A DNA stretch of 64,000 bases from Porphyridium purpureum (taxonomy: Eukaryota), in contig VRMN01000012.1 in the NCBI GenBank assembly GCA_008690995.1, positions 248,001 to 312,000 of the forward strand, read 5' to 3'. Below are positions 31,349 to 43,175 of this stretch, piece by piece. Position 1 is the first letter of the stretch. The number at the start of each line of letters is the position of its first letter. Position numbers and translations under genes: made by a program. The notes beneath the pieces are model-generated. The model ran no database searches and was not told the DNA's origin. It was given only the letters and a program-made list of their open reading frames with translations.

Positions 31349-34300
31349 ATGGTCTCCGAAGATATTGATTGCTATAGCGTGTGCCAGGAGCATGCGGAAG
31401 TCGCGGCCGCGTTTGCGGAAGCTCGCTTGAAGCACGGCCTTGGTGCTGAAGACGCTGAGCGTATTTTGATCGGACGCCTTGAGGAGATGCAGGAGCTCTC
31501 TGAAGTACCCTACGTGAAGTTCCTTGCCAGTAAGTCGACGGCTCAGCTAAAAGACGAAGTTGTCTCTCTCATGGAACTTATGGGAACCTTGGAGCAGGCG
31601 CAGAAAGGAGCAGAAAGGTACGAACTCGGGCGTTTCTTAGGTCTTTCGAAAGGGCAGTCGATGGTTTCCTCCTCAAATGCAAATGGGAATTTGGGCAGTG
31701 GGCCTGATGCACCCGCGGCGCCTGCAAGCTCAGTTGGCACCGCTAGTGCTCAGTTTCAGGCCTTTCCGGATAGTCCTCGCGACGAATATGACAGTCTAGA
31801 GGCCCCCTCTCTCCATCTCGCGTTCAGTCAGCAGACGCACCATGACTTTGTGCTCGCAAATTTCTTCCAGGGCAGCGTGGACGCGTTCAAAGAGGCACTT
31901 GCAGGCTCGGCGCGGTATCAGGCTCAGCAAGGCGCGTCCAAGCTGTTCGCGGATATTGAAATCGATGAGGAGCCTTCGCAAGGAGGTACGAAGCTTATCC
32001 CAGAGCCTTTTTCGTGTCGCGTGTTGCCGCCGACGGTGGCGGTGATCAAGGAAGCCAAGGCCGCGTTCGTGCAAGCGAGTCACGTGCATGTCGCTGTGGG
32101 AGGTGCTGAACAGCCGAAGCTGGAGAAAACGGTCGTCGCCGAGCGAAAAGTGGAAGAGGAACTGAGGGCCTTTGCACGATACTTGATTTATACCGCGCAG
32201 CCGACGCCAGACCCCTTCAAGAACAATTGCGACCTCAGCTTACGTTCGCAGGATGTGTTGGGCGCAGTCGCGGAGGTAGGAAACGTTCTCATGGGTATTG
32301 AGGACGTGCAGCGTCAAATGCGTATCGGGTTCCGGCTGTTTGAGAGCACGAAATCGCTGCCGCGCGGCGTGATGTTTTACGGCCCTCCGGGAACCGGTAA
32401 AACCTCTCTGATTGTCAAGCTCTGCGCTCTGTTGGACATTCACTTGGTGGCTCCCATGCTTGCCGCGGGCGACTTTGCGAAGCCATTGGTCGGCCAAGCA
32501 GAGGAGATGATCAACCAACTTGCACTGCGCGCCGCTGCGGTTCCATGGCGACTTTGCTGTGTTGTTGTTGACGAGATTGAGTCACTCGTAACTTCGCGCG
32601 GCAAAGGCGGCGGCGACTCGAGCAAGCTGAGCGTACTTTTGTCTCGGATCGGCGGCGTATCAGACGTGCCCAACTTGATGTTCTTTGCGGCGACGAATCA
32701 TCCAGAAATGATGGACTCGGCATTTCTTCGGCGCATGAAGATCAAGATTTTTGTAGGACCGCCTTCGTCTGAGGGCCGCGCGAGCTTTGTGCGCCGACTA
32801 GGGAGCGATATCTTTGAGACCAAGGGCCACGTGTGCAATGATCAAGGTGAAGACAAGGGAGGGTCATGCGATCATGCCGGCTGCGCGCTGGAGCGTGCCA
32901 CGATCAAAATGACGGTCAATTTTGCCGCGTCACAAATTGTGGGTGCTCTCACACGCGTGCGAAGCGTTCTGGCTGACTACAAGGCCGAGGACATAGCTGT
33001 CAACGACGCGTTCGATCTGATACATGCGGCAGTTGCGCAGTTTACGGAAGAGGAGAACATTCTCATCTCGTCGGTGTACAACCAGGTTAATATCATGGCA
33101 CCCTTCGTGCGACCCAAAGGGCGGACGCTGGAGCATCTGGTGCGTGATAGTAAGAGGCTTCAGTACCTTTTGTCTGAGAATGGCCGTCGCAAGGCGAATT
33201 GTTCGGGTCGCATTGTCATAGACTTGACTGCTCCAAGGGACCACATCCAAGTGCAGCTGAAGCCGCAGAAGATGGATCTGGGTCAGCAACGATTCATCGT
33301 GGAGCCGGCAGAAGTTGACCCGAAAGAGTTCCCGGACTCGATGTTGATCGGAGGAGGACAGAGCTTTGCAGACGCATTGGGCGACGAATCTATGCCATGT
33401 CTTGAGCTTTTGCCCTTGGTGGGACCATTGCGACAGTATTTTCGAGACTCGCCGGTTTGGGTGGAAGGTCAGACATTTGTCAGTGCCATCCTTCAGTACA
33501 AGGAATGTGTTGGGCTTGCTCCGAAGAAGCGCAGTTCAAAAACTGTTCAAGCCTTCTTGGAGCAAACAAAGGCCTTATGGCATGCTCCTACTCCTTCCCC
33601 CGCTAGTGGCGCCGCTCGTAGCGCTGGGGCTATACCCAAGCTTGTGCTGGAGCAGTACTACAACGGAGACTCGAAGCCATACCGTTCTCTTCTCGAACAA
33701 ATTGAGAAACGGGTGAGAAGTAGAGCGCAGGCCCTTTCCTTCGCTCTGAAAGAGCAGTACCCGAAAGAAGTACTGGAGGAGCGATACGAATGCTTTTCTT
33801 TTGTCCGGGACGCGCGCGACTTGAGTGTAGAGGATCTGTTGGCTGTGTATTTGCATCTGGGTGTTGCGTGCAACACGACCCGACTTCTTTACATTTGCAG
33901 AGAATTTTTTCACAGCAACAAGATTGTTGCAGAGGGCGAGATGGAACTGTTCTGGCACGAGCAGATCAAGTCCTTGAAAAATGAGTACAAATCTGGCATG
34001 GTGATCATTGACTACGACTCTCTCGCCAACCCTGTGAAGGACAAGCTAGGCGAGGACCGCTTTGATCTCGTTCAGCTCATGGCGTCCATTGCGGCCACAT
34101 TCCGAGCGTCGTCAGACCACTTGTGGTTCCTCGCTGTCAGTGGGAACAAAGCCATTATTTCGCGCATCATCGAGAACAGCAAATGGCGACCAGCCATTGA
34201 CACAGATCCGCCGCTTCGCTGTTATAATTGCGGCAAGTGGGCGCGTCAGAGCATTAACAAGAAAACGTCTTGTGGGCGCCATACGGGAGACTTGGTTCTA

Positions 34301-34537
34301 TACATGAAGGAGGAAGACGGCGTGCAGGACACGGGTCCGGATGGGAAGAAGAAGGAACCTGAGGTTTTGAAGCGCTTTGCTGCACAAAGCTTTGACGAGC
34401 GCAAGCTTATTATCGAAAGAGTTGAAAGCGGCGGGATCAACTGGAAGCAGCTCAGATGGAACTGCTGCGAGCAAGGCCTGTTTTCTGGAAACGGCGGCGA
34501 GCTCCTGGGTCCGCATGAGTTCATGCGCGACGACTGA
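31349..34537 (+). CDS. AAA+ ATPase with one intact AAA module, a probable degenerate second module and a C-terminal Cys/His motif
   Basis: PRGVMFYGPPGTGKT (Walker A, 32381-32404), CCVVVDEIES (Walker B), AATNHPEMMDSAFLRR (sensor 1/SRH). Later EYKSGMVIIDYDSL. C-terminal RCYNC...CGRHTG...WNCC. Confidence 0.88.
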   Translation: MVSEDIDCYSVCQEHAEVAAAFAEARLKHGLGAEDAERILIGRLEEMQELSEVPYVKFLASKSTAQLKDEVVSLMELMGTLEQAQKGAERYELGRFLGLSKGQSMVSSSNANGNLGSGPDAPAAPASSVGTASAQFQAFPDSPRDEYDSLEAPSLHLAFSQQTHHDFVLANFFQGSVDAFKEALAGSARYQAQQGASKLFADIEIDEEPSQGGTKLIPEPFSCRVLPPTVAVIKEAKAAFVQASHVHVAVGGAEQPKLEKTVVAERKVEEELRAFARYLIYTAQPTPDPFKNNCDLSLRSQDVLGAVAEVGNVLMGIEDVQRQMRIGFRLFESTKSLPRGVMFYGPPGTGKTSLIVKLCALLDIHLVAPMLAAGDFAKPLVGQAEEMINQLALRAAAVPWRLCCVVVDEIESLVTSRGKGGGDSSKLSVLLSRIGGVSDVPNLMFFAATNHPEMMDSAFLRRMKIKIFVGPPSSEGRASFVRRLGSDIFETKGHVCNDQGEDKGGSCDHAGCALERATIKMTVNFAASQIVGALTRVRSVLADYKAEDIAVNDAFDLIHAAVAQFTEEENILISSVYNQVNIMAPFVRPKGRTLEHLVRDSKRLQYLLSENGRRKANCSGRIVIDLTAPRDHIQVQLKPQKMDLGQQRFIVEPAEVDPKEFPDSMLIGGGQSFADALGDESMPCLELLPLVGPLRQYFRDSPVWVEGQTFVSAILQYKECVGLAPKKRSSKTVQAFLEQTKALWHAPTPSPASGAARSAGAIPKLVLEQYYNGDSKPYRSLLEQIEKRVRSRAQALSFALKEQYPKEVLEERYECFSFVRDARDLSVEDLLAVYLHLGVACNTTRLLYICREFFHSNKIVAEGEMELFWHEQIKSLKNEYKSGMVIIDYDSLANPVKDKLGEDRFDLVQLMASIAATFRASSDHLWFLAVSGNKAIISRIIENSKWRPAIDTDPPLRCYNCGKWARQSINKKTSCGRHTGDLVLYMKEEDGVQDTGPDGKKKEPEVLKRFAAQSFDERKLIIERVESGGINWKQLRWNCCEQGLFSGNGGELLGPHEFMRDD

Positions 34538-35513
34538 CGGCCGTCAATGTGTCCGGTATAGCTGATGACACAGTCCGAAAGCTAGTAATCTTTTCTCTTC
34601 TTAAAGAATGTTTGGTATGAATACTGAGCACATTGTCATTGTCTTCGACCCAGCTTCCTAGCTTGTGAGCGCTTCGTCGTCGTGTTTGTCTATGCGCTCG
34701 TGCACTGCAAGCGTTGCGTGCACTTTTGCGTGACTGGTCTCATGCGTGTCATTAAAGCCAATCTCGTGATCGACTGTCTCAGTTTGCTGATACAGCTCTT
34801 TCGCAAGTGCACATGTGACATCCAGTTGATTCGCGTGCGCACGGATCCGCACCTGTCGGCTGGATACCCTTTTGTCGTGAATTGAATCATAATTTATCTG
34901 ACCGCTCGGCAGGCACATAAATTGCCCGCACATATGCCGTCCAGGTCCAGGTCCTCCCTGGTGCAGAAGCCCACCGTGCTGTCGGTCACACGGCAACCTG
35001 GACGCGCCAGCAACCGCTGCTCACAAGGATCGTTCCAACTGTCCTTCCTCAAGCAAAAACGCGGTGTTTGAATAGAACGATTTCTGTAGCAATGTAGGAC
35101 GCGGTCTGGCTCGACATGGACTACTGTTTGACATCAAGGAGCTGCCGTGCAAGGCGACTGGTGACTATCATGTAAATTTGTATGTGGCAAAGTCATCCAG
35201 CCATCTTTTTGCTCCTGTGCTAGTTGACTCAAGATCGCGACTCTGACACGCACAAGAATGGGTCTTCGATCGATGGAGCACAGAGCAAAATATGCGTGGC
35301 TGGTGCGTCCGCATCATATGCATGAAAGCAAGTCTCGACCGTACCTTGACGAAATTTTGGGCTTGACAAGCTTTAGATGGTGGCCAGAAGCCTCAAGGAC
35401 ACTAAGAGGGTAAGACGGACTTCCCGAGAACAGAAACAGAGACCAGGAAACTCCACTGCATTGCCAACGGACAGAAAACAGACAAGCAGGCGAACTCGCA
35501 CTCAGAAGCACGT

Positions 35514-35539
<26 letters not shown>
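35514..35539. repeat. (AC)n microsatellite
   Basis: acacacac run. Confidence 0.85.
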
Positions 35540-35544
<5 letters not shown>

Positions 35545-35682
35545 AAGAAATAAGACGATTTTCTGGTTGAGCGATGTCGCCCCCTTTGTACATTGTCCTG
35601 ACCGTGAAAGCCTTCAAAATCCGCGTTCATGCGTCAGAGGAAAGGAACAGAGAAACACAACCTTGGTCATCAACACGGTACT

Positions 35683-37767
35683 TCACAGTTCCCATACGAT
35701 GTGCGGCATGTGCATGGGCACAGGCTCAACTCGGTACAGTGGCTTCACTTCAGGTTCAACTCCTTCAGGGGTGGACGGTGTAGGAGAAGCCTCCGCGGGA
35801 TGGACATCGCTTTTGAGCTCTAATTGCTCGACAGATCCCGATCTTTGGCGGACACGTGAAACATTTTCTCCGAAAGAGGGCTTCAAGGTGGCCTGGAATA
35901 GACGAAGGCTCAGGCGATTCATCTGGTCATCATCGTTCTGGGCGTAGCTCTTTTTGCCCACGCGCTGCTCCTCAATGCGTTCGCTTCCGATCTCAAGCTC
36001 ATCGATCGCAAATTCAGAGCGCCCTACATGGACTACCATTTGTGACTTGGCGTACCTCTCCAGTGCTTCTGAGTCTCCATTCAATAAGATCTGGCCGAGC
36101 GGCCCATCTTCATCTCCACCATAGTGCGTGCGCATGACTCGCTCCTTCAGATGATCAGTCCATCCAGCTTTGCCTCCTTCATGAAGTGCACCACCGCTCG
36201 ACGCATGGCCCTCATTGTGTGCCTTTGATAGTTGTTCTAACCATTCTGACAAACCAGCGTGCTCAAGTACTCCGTCGTGCAAAGCATCGACATTGGCTAT
36301 CAACGCAGCCTCAACAAGAGCACGCTGATCGCTGTCAAGTCCGGCTTCGCCAAGAGCAATGCTTCTGAGCGCATTTGTATCCCCGCCGATTGCAGCGTTC
36401 ACCACGTTGATCTGATCGTCACTGAAGCCGGCTTCTCGAAATACTAGGTTCTGGAGATACTCCGTGTCGCCATTGATCATCGCAGAAGCGAGCGCTCGTT
36501 CCTTTGAATCCATTCCAATCTGCGCGAATGTTATCTCTTGAGCAATCTGTCTAAACCTGTCTGTCTTTCCTGGATCTAATACTGTGTGCACAAGTGTATT
36601 TTGATCTTTGGACAGATTGCTCGCGTCCTCGAGGCCGGTGCTCAGAAACGGGCGTTGTACACCTTCGGCTCTCCTAGAGACCGAAGGGCCACCGACTTTC
36701 AGTGCCACGCGCGCCTGGCTTTCGCTCAAACGCGCTTCTTTGAGTGCACTCACTTTTAGGGCATCTTCGTAAGAGTAACTTTCATCCAAGGCCGCCCTCG
36801 ACAGTTCTCCTGCCGTGCCTTGATACTCGCCGGGAACGTAGCCACCAGTGACCACGGCGACGCCCGCATCAATCAACAGCTCGGCTCCATTTATGTCGTA
36901 ACCTAGCATGCCATCCACCACTGCACTTGCGAAAACTTCACCCAAAGGCCCACCGACCGCATCGCCAGCGGCAGCAGCCGCATGTCGTGTCAAATTTTCA
37001 GCCTGACCAACTCGACCAATGCATTCGGTTGTGTCCTCACCGAAAACCAAGTTCCCAACGTCTTTCAGAGGCTCGAGGATATTCTCATCCCAGAAGGAGC
37101 CGACTGGGGCGGTGACGTCGCCAACCACATCGCCAACGCTTTCGAGCCCGTCTCCGAAATCCTGCCCGAGCCGATCTAATCCCTCCGAGATGGCCTTGAA
37201 AAAATCTGTGTCAGTACCACCATCAATTTCGCGAAGCGAAGCGTCCGCATCGGCAGGACAAAACTCCGCAGAAGGGTCTGCCGTGATGTCCGTGTCAAGA
37301 TTCAGGGCATCTGCAAATGACGAAAAGTCATCAAACGCAGATCGCTCGTCCAATGTGCTGCAAGCTTGTGCAGCTTGTTCCGTGTCCCAAGCCGCGGCCG
37401 ACTCATCAAACGTCAAGTCATCAACTGCAGATATATTGTAATCCGAGCCGAGATCCCCAGGCTCCGTAAAGTCGGCCAGCCCGCTCTCCGCCTCTCCCAT
37501 GGAGCCATCGAGGGTATCTTCATAGTGCCAATCATCGAAATGATCAAGCGGGTCGCCCAAATAGTCCGTATCGATGTAAGGATCGGTCACCGCATCGAAT
37601 GCCGACGCGCAGAGATCATCGTTAAAATTGAAATCAATCGTGTCGATGGAATCGCTGAAAAAGGTATCCGTGTTGTCTATTGTGCCCTCCCACGCACACG
37701 ACCCAAAGTCGGACACGCCTGCGACCGCGTCGCTCCCAAAGGAGGCCAAATCGAATAAAAGCTCCAT
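35683..37767 (-). CDS. Hypothetical protein: very acidic D/F-rich N-terminus, glycine-zipper-like segment, 29-aa helical repeats
   Basis: Long ORF from ATG 37767 (MELLFDL). Contains AAAAAGDAVGGPLGEVFASAVVDGMLG and the repeats GMDSKERALASAMINGD / GFSDDQINVVNAAIGGD / GLDSDQRALVEAALIAN. Confidence 0.75.
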   Translation of the reverse strand: MELLFDLASFGSDAVAGVSDFGSCAWEGTIDNTDTFFSDSIDTIDFNFNDDLCASAFDAVTDPYIDTDYLGDPLDHFDDWHYEDTLDGSMGEAESGLADFTEPGDLGSDYNISAVDDLTFDESAAAWDTEQAAQACSTLDERSAFDDFSSFADALNLDTDITADPSAEFCPADADASLREIDGGTDTDFFKAISEGLDRLGQDFGDGLESVGDVVGDVTAPVGSFWDENILEPLKDVGNLVFGEDTTECIGRVGQAENLTRHAAAAAGDAVGGPLGEVFASAVVDGMLGYDINGAELLIDAGVAVVTGGYVPGEYQGTAGELSRAALDESYSYEDALKVSALKEARLSESQARVALKVGGPSVSRRAEGVQRPFLSTGLEDASNLSKDQNTLVHTVLDPGKTDRFRQIAQEITFAQIGMDSKERALASAMINGDTEYLQNLVFREAGFSDDQINVVNAAIGGDTNALRSIALGEAGLDSDQRALVEAALIANVDALHDGVLEHAGLSEWLEQLSKAHNEGHASSGGALHEGGKAGWTDHLKERVMRTHYGGDEDGPLGQILLNGDSEALERYAKSQMVVHVGRSEFAIDELEIGSERIEEQRVGKKSYAQNDDDQMNRLSLRLFQATLKPSFGENVSRVRQRSGSVEQLELKSDVHPAEASPTPSTPEGVEPEVKPLYRVEPVPMHMPHIVWEL

Positions 37768-40367
37768 CGCATGCAATGACTCTCTTTCCTTTCCCTTCAC
37801 ACCCAAACGGCTTGCCAACTGGAAAAACACGACAAGCGCACCCAACCTGCACCTCTCCACGTCTTTCTTACTTGTCGTCTGCCCACAGCGGCAAGCCGCG
37901 ACACGCTCTCGAGCTTCTTTCTCACTCCGTTTCACCGCAGTCAGTCTGCGCGGCGTCGCGCAACGAGGGCAGAAACGTAGCTCGACACTATCCTTGACGC
38001 GCGACTTTTGTCAGAACGGCGCAACCTCTTGCGACCCGACGCGGAGAAAGAAAAAGTCCGCAAATAAACACCGAATTCAAAGGAAATCGGGTTTCGCGGT
38101 GAATTGCGCGGGTTTTCAGGCAGTGCGCGTGTCATTTTATGGATGTAGTCAGCGTTGCTGTGTATGATTTTTGATCTCATGAAAGATGTTGGAAAACATC
38201 GAGAAGGGCACAAAGACTGAGGACCCTTTCAGTGGCCACGTTCGACCGATTGCATCAATCATGTGGTTGATTCCTCGCCGGGACAGTAAAACTTGTCGCA
38301 ACCAACCGGTTTCGCGAGACTTTGACGTCCGTGGAGAAAGCTGATACGCGGCCGTCAGGTGGGATTCACAACACAGACACGCAGCTTTTCTCGCAGGTGA
38401 TGGCTGGTCAGCTGCTTGCCGCTGTGACCGCACAACAAATTGGAAGGCTTCCACATTCTGCACGGTAATCTCTACGTCTAAACTCGAGCAACACGGGCGA
38501 ACCCACCGAAATGGGGCGCGGTACGAATGTACGAGTTAAAGCAGCACTGCATGCCTCACGGCGACGATGGCGATGGACGCAACGAGCAGCGAGCCGCATG
38601 AAAACTATCTACCGCGCCTTGTAAGCACAGCTGCATTGGAGATACCCCATTTCATGACACGCAAATGTAAAACACTTGACTCTCACGAGGCTTCAAAACT
38701 ATAAACGCACGCTCTACTCTTTTAAGTGGACGCCGCAGCAACAGCAGCACATGTATGCGTGTGCCCATGAACAACAAAGTCCGAGCAAAGCCTGCTTCAC
38801 TCATCCAAGCTGCCGATTCATACCGGCGTTGCAACGTATCTCCCCCGAGCCTCCGCGGCCTCACTTGGAATGTTTGTTCATGCAATGCATTACATCACAC
38901 GCATTACATGGTTCCGGGCGGTCCAGTTTGGGTGTACATCAACTGTACTAAGTGTACCGTCACGGCACATTATCGGTTTGAACCGTTTGGCTCTTGTTTT
39001 AGAGCCGGTATTGGAATGCAGCTGGTGAACATGGGCCTGTGAGGTCTTGGTCGTGAATGTGTGCTAGACGTGGCACACGCGCGGGTCGAGCGTGCACGCG
39101 ACGCTGCATGCCGTGCGGCAGTGTTGCGTTCATCCTTGAGCTTGGTGACGATTTGTCAGAATCGTCCGGGCAAAGAAATCTGGTCCAGGCCGGGCGTCCC
39201 GATTTGCTCGCGGGTCGCATGACGAGTGCTTGTGCTCCCAAACGCATCTTCTTTGGCGTGCCGAACAACGCGTCTCCGATCGACTTGGTGGAAAATGTAT
39301 GCCTGGACGTGGGGAATAAGATAGTTGCCGGCAAGGAAAAGTAATGCTTCATCTCAGTGGACTGCAATCTTCGAAATGCTGACCTGCTCGCTTCCGAGCT
39401 TTGAGGAGTATGCAATGCCGGAGCTGGGCATCGTCTACATTCTGGTGTCTTGGATTTCTCCACCGTGTGAAGATGTGGAATAGGTGGCGTTTGGCAGAGA
39501 TCGGGAAATGACAGCGCGGCAAAGGTCTCAATCATGAAGCAGAAATGCAAGAATTGGTAGACCGAATTCCATGCGGATTTTCCAGGCCTGACTCCAGACA
39601 ACGTGCTTTGCGAGTCCTTTGTGCAATCAAAGAGATTTTTGTATCCGAAAACTCACAAAAGGACCGATAAGCTTCGATTTCGCAAGCGATTAGCTAATTG
39701 TGAACCGCACAGTTTTGCCAGCGCAAGCGTGAATGCACGGTCTCAAAGATGCCGGAATGGCATTCGTGGCCATCTTTTTTAACTTTTGAGCGATCATCTA
39801 GCGTACTTTTCCGATTACCGGGTGTCGATCGTTTGAAAGCCAATCAAACGAGATTTTCCGACTCCCTTGCATGCACGCTCGTGCAGAGCTCGTTCACTAT
39901 CACACCAACTATTCAGCCGGTCGCAATAATCGGTTAATCGAATGGGATGACGGTTTAAACGCTTCAGGTACAAAGATCATCGAATATCGCAGTGCCCTCC
40001 GGACGAGATCGACGAAAAATGTCATTCAAATGCGTGCAATTCCTTATCTTCCGTGTTTTCGTATAGAATCAGCGTTCTTTTACAGGAAGCGAGCAACGCA
40101 CTTTTCCGGATGCTGGTGGACGGGAAAAGTACACTAGATGGTGATAGTGTACAGTCCATCGTGAAGCTCTTCCGTGGGAAGATGCCATCGGGCAGCCGCG
40201 TGGGAACGCAGTCGACACAACTCGCATCATGCGCGCGGTTTGGCGCTACGTTCTTCACGCACTATTTAGAGCAAGTTGCGAGTAGACCAAATCACCATAC
40301 CATTCGGTAGCCATCAAGCAACATCCAAGTTCCTTTCACTCGTCCTCATTTCCACCATATTTTGACT

Positions 40368-40681
40368 TGAAAGCAAACAACCCGATTTGTGATACAATTC
40401 TTGAGCTTTCGCTCCAACTTTATTCCACACAATAACCAATCAACGGGCAAGTGGACAGCAACACTCCTTGCCCGTGAGTGTGCTTGTCCGCGCCCTACGC
40501 TTCGTCGTGCCAAGTACATTTATATCCGCGCGCCGCCGCTTCGCCTACATCCGCGCGCTTCTATTGCATGTCCCCCGCGCGCCCCCACGCGGCACACGCT
40601 TTTGTAACGCCCACCTCGCGTCCACGCGTACCTATCGCCTTGCCGCACCGTTACACTACCTGCTTGCAGTATACTTCTTCA
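40368..40681 (-). repeat. 3' LTR of the Copia element (314 bp), preceded by a short polypurine tract
   Basis: Aligns to 46126-46418. The minus strand reads AAAAGGAGTG|TGAAGAAG at the inner boundary. Confidence 0.9.
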
Positions 40682-40902
40682 CACTCCTTTTGCAAATGCG
40701 TGCACCTCGCTCACGTGTTGATGCCGGAGCGCGCGTGCGTCCTTCATCTTGGTAATGCCGAGCAAAGCGTCGCGCATCCTGGCGAATCTCTTGCCTTGGA
40801 GCGGCTTCGTCAGGGCGTCTGCAAGAGTATCGTCTGTCTTGCAGTATTTCATTGTCACGTTTCCCTTTTCCACATGGTCGCGTATGAATCAATGTCTGAT
40901 AT

Positions 40903-41211
40903 TGTCAGAATACTCTGTTTGTCCTTCAGTGACTGTACACCTAGGAGAGTCGGACGAGTCCACTGCGTGTATAAGTCTCGCCGCAAGCTCCACTAGAGGT
41001 GCCGCGGTAGTGCTTAGAAGGTAAGGGGAAACTATTTTGATATATTCAAAAGGGATTGTGTTTACGTGTGTTACACACCTATAGGCTTGAACTACAGTGT
41101 CAGAGGTCCTCTACAAGGAAGCTCCACACTGAGTCGCCGACGCGCCCGTTACCGTTCCGGCTTCCCGTGCGTTTAACCTTCCGGGTTTTCCGCTACCCGA
41201 TATTAGCGACA
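40903..41211. mobile_element. Nested solo LTR of a different family (309 bp) inserted in the Copia RNase H
   Basis: TGTC...GACA termini with 5-bp target-site duplication GATAT (40898-40902 and 41212-41216). Removing it rejoins SRHMNI|RH*FIRDHVEKG. Confidence 0.9.
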
Positions 41212-42971
41212 GATATTCATGTGGCGGGAGCGCTTTGTCTTTCCGCGGCCCGCTTTGATCAGTGCCATGGCGGCTGTGTTATCCTGTAGGACGAAGACTC
41301 CTGGTACTGCGACCACCTTATGCTGTAACATGTTCGATGCCCACAAGCTCTGACCAACTGCGTCACTGAGACCAACGAGCTCAGCCTCTGTGGAACTTTT
41401 AGTGTTCATCTTTTGCTTCGTACTTGATCCATGCACCACGCCCTGTCCAATACTAATCACGCAGCCCGTATGGCTCTTGTGATCGTCGTGCGTCGCAAAC
41501 GATGCGTCAATGTAAACTCGCATGCCATCGTCTGTCATTCCCAAAGTCAACGCCAACTTACGTGTCTCGTTCAGGTATTTCAAAATCCTCATCATTTTGT
41601 CTGTGTCTTTTTCATTTGGTGATTGTACTCTCGTCGCTAAGAATGAGGCAACCGTAAGCACATCCGGTCTTGTTCGCTTGGCAAGGTAGAGGACCTTGCC
41701 CACCGCGGCATGAGACCACTCCGCGTCAATTGCACTTAGCGGCTTCGCCTCGAGCACCATGAACAGGTCACTTGCTGCAGGCGCTTTGGCGCCTTTCAAG
41801 CTCGGGTATTCGTCTAACAGCCTCTGTACGTAGCCCTCCATACTGACGACGACTTGTCCTCTGCCTGTGTAGTCGAAGACCGTACATAGGTAGTCGAGTC
41901 TCCTGCCGCGGTTTACCGTCAATCTTGGGTACGCCGCTCTTATCTCTGCCAGTACCTCGTCTACCAACCGTTCTGATGTCGCAATGATTTTCATGTCATC
42001 AACGTAGAGCAGCAGGTGAACAACGCCGTCGCTCGTCGCTCTTTTGAACAAACATTCATCGCGAGCGTTCATTACGAAACCGTTTTTTTCCAGGAGCGAG
42101 CATTAAGGTGATCGTAGCACCTTCTTCCCGCATCTATACAGCCGTACAACGCACGCTTTGGTCTGCACGTTACCGCGCCTCCGTGGTTATACTCGGTGTA
42201 CTTGCCGTCCACAGCCACAAGGTATTTGGCCAGCGCGCCTCCTATCCGCACATAGGTGTGTTGACCCGTGTCCGGGAGCGGAACATTCAAAAAGGCGCCG
42301 GGGAAGTCGACTGTGGCGACTGCTGCATTCGTCCTTGCCGCTTCCGCTGCAAGTAGCAGGACCGAGTCTGTCGAAACTGTAGGCGATGAGTAATCCGGAT
42401 ACAGTTCTCTCAACTGCTCAATACCTCCTGCGACCATACGTGCCTTCACCTTCTGAAACTCACCATCACCGGCGTATTTCTCTGTCACGAACATAAAGGT
42501 CGGTATAATTGATTTACGTTGCTCATGCGTGAGGTCCGTAAGCCTCACCGGGTCTAGCACGTCATATCCCTTGCTCGACATTTGATGGAGTTCAGACAGT
42601 ATGGCCTTCAGAGCCACGCTGCCATGCTTGGCTATCGCTTGTCTCACGCTGGCACGATAAGCAACCCTCTTCAGTCCGGCAGACTCCATATCGTTACCCG
42701 CCTTGCGCTTCTTACTCTTGGTCACAAGTGCCCCGGGTTTCTTGCGGTGTGGGCCTTCCTCATCGTGCTGGTGTTCCGCTGCCCTTTTTCGGACACATTC
42801 TTCTTCGTTCATTCGCGCGCGCTCTTTTGTCGTTATTTCCCTGACGAGCTTGGTTTCGCGCTCTTCCAGTGCCTTGATCTTTTCCTCTATTTCTTTGATT
42901 CTCTGGTACACCAGTGCGGGGTGACTGGCCGCAGATTCTTGATTCGCGCCAGTTTCGTACGCGCCACGCAC
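41212..42971 (-). pseudogene. Copia reverse transcriptase - RNase H (frameshift near 42075)
   Basis: ORFs 42072-42971 and 41203-42072 carry the RT and RNase H motifs. The RNase H tail continues at about 40760-40902. Confidence 0.9.
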
Positions 42972-43175
42972 TTCACCTGCACTTTCCGCATAAGCTCCCT
43001 CAACTGGTATAGTATCCTGCCTGCCGTCTTGTTGCCCTTTGCTCGGCGATTCTGTCTGTTCTACGCGCAGTGCGTCACTCGGTGGATAAGACGTGGGGTC
43101 CGCGGATACACCTGGGTCACTTACCGGCGGTTCTGCTAGAGGCCCAGCAGTCGCTGTCGACCCTGGCGCACTCCA

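Noticed and set aside
38150..40360. Short ORFs between the acidic protein and the Copia element
   Set aside because: No recognisable motifs. Probably intergenic or heavily decayed sequence.
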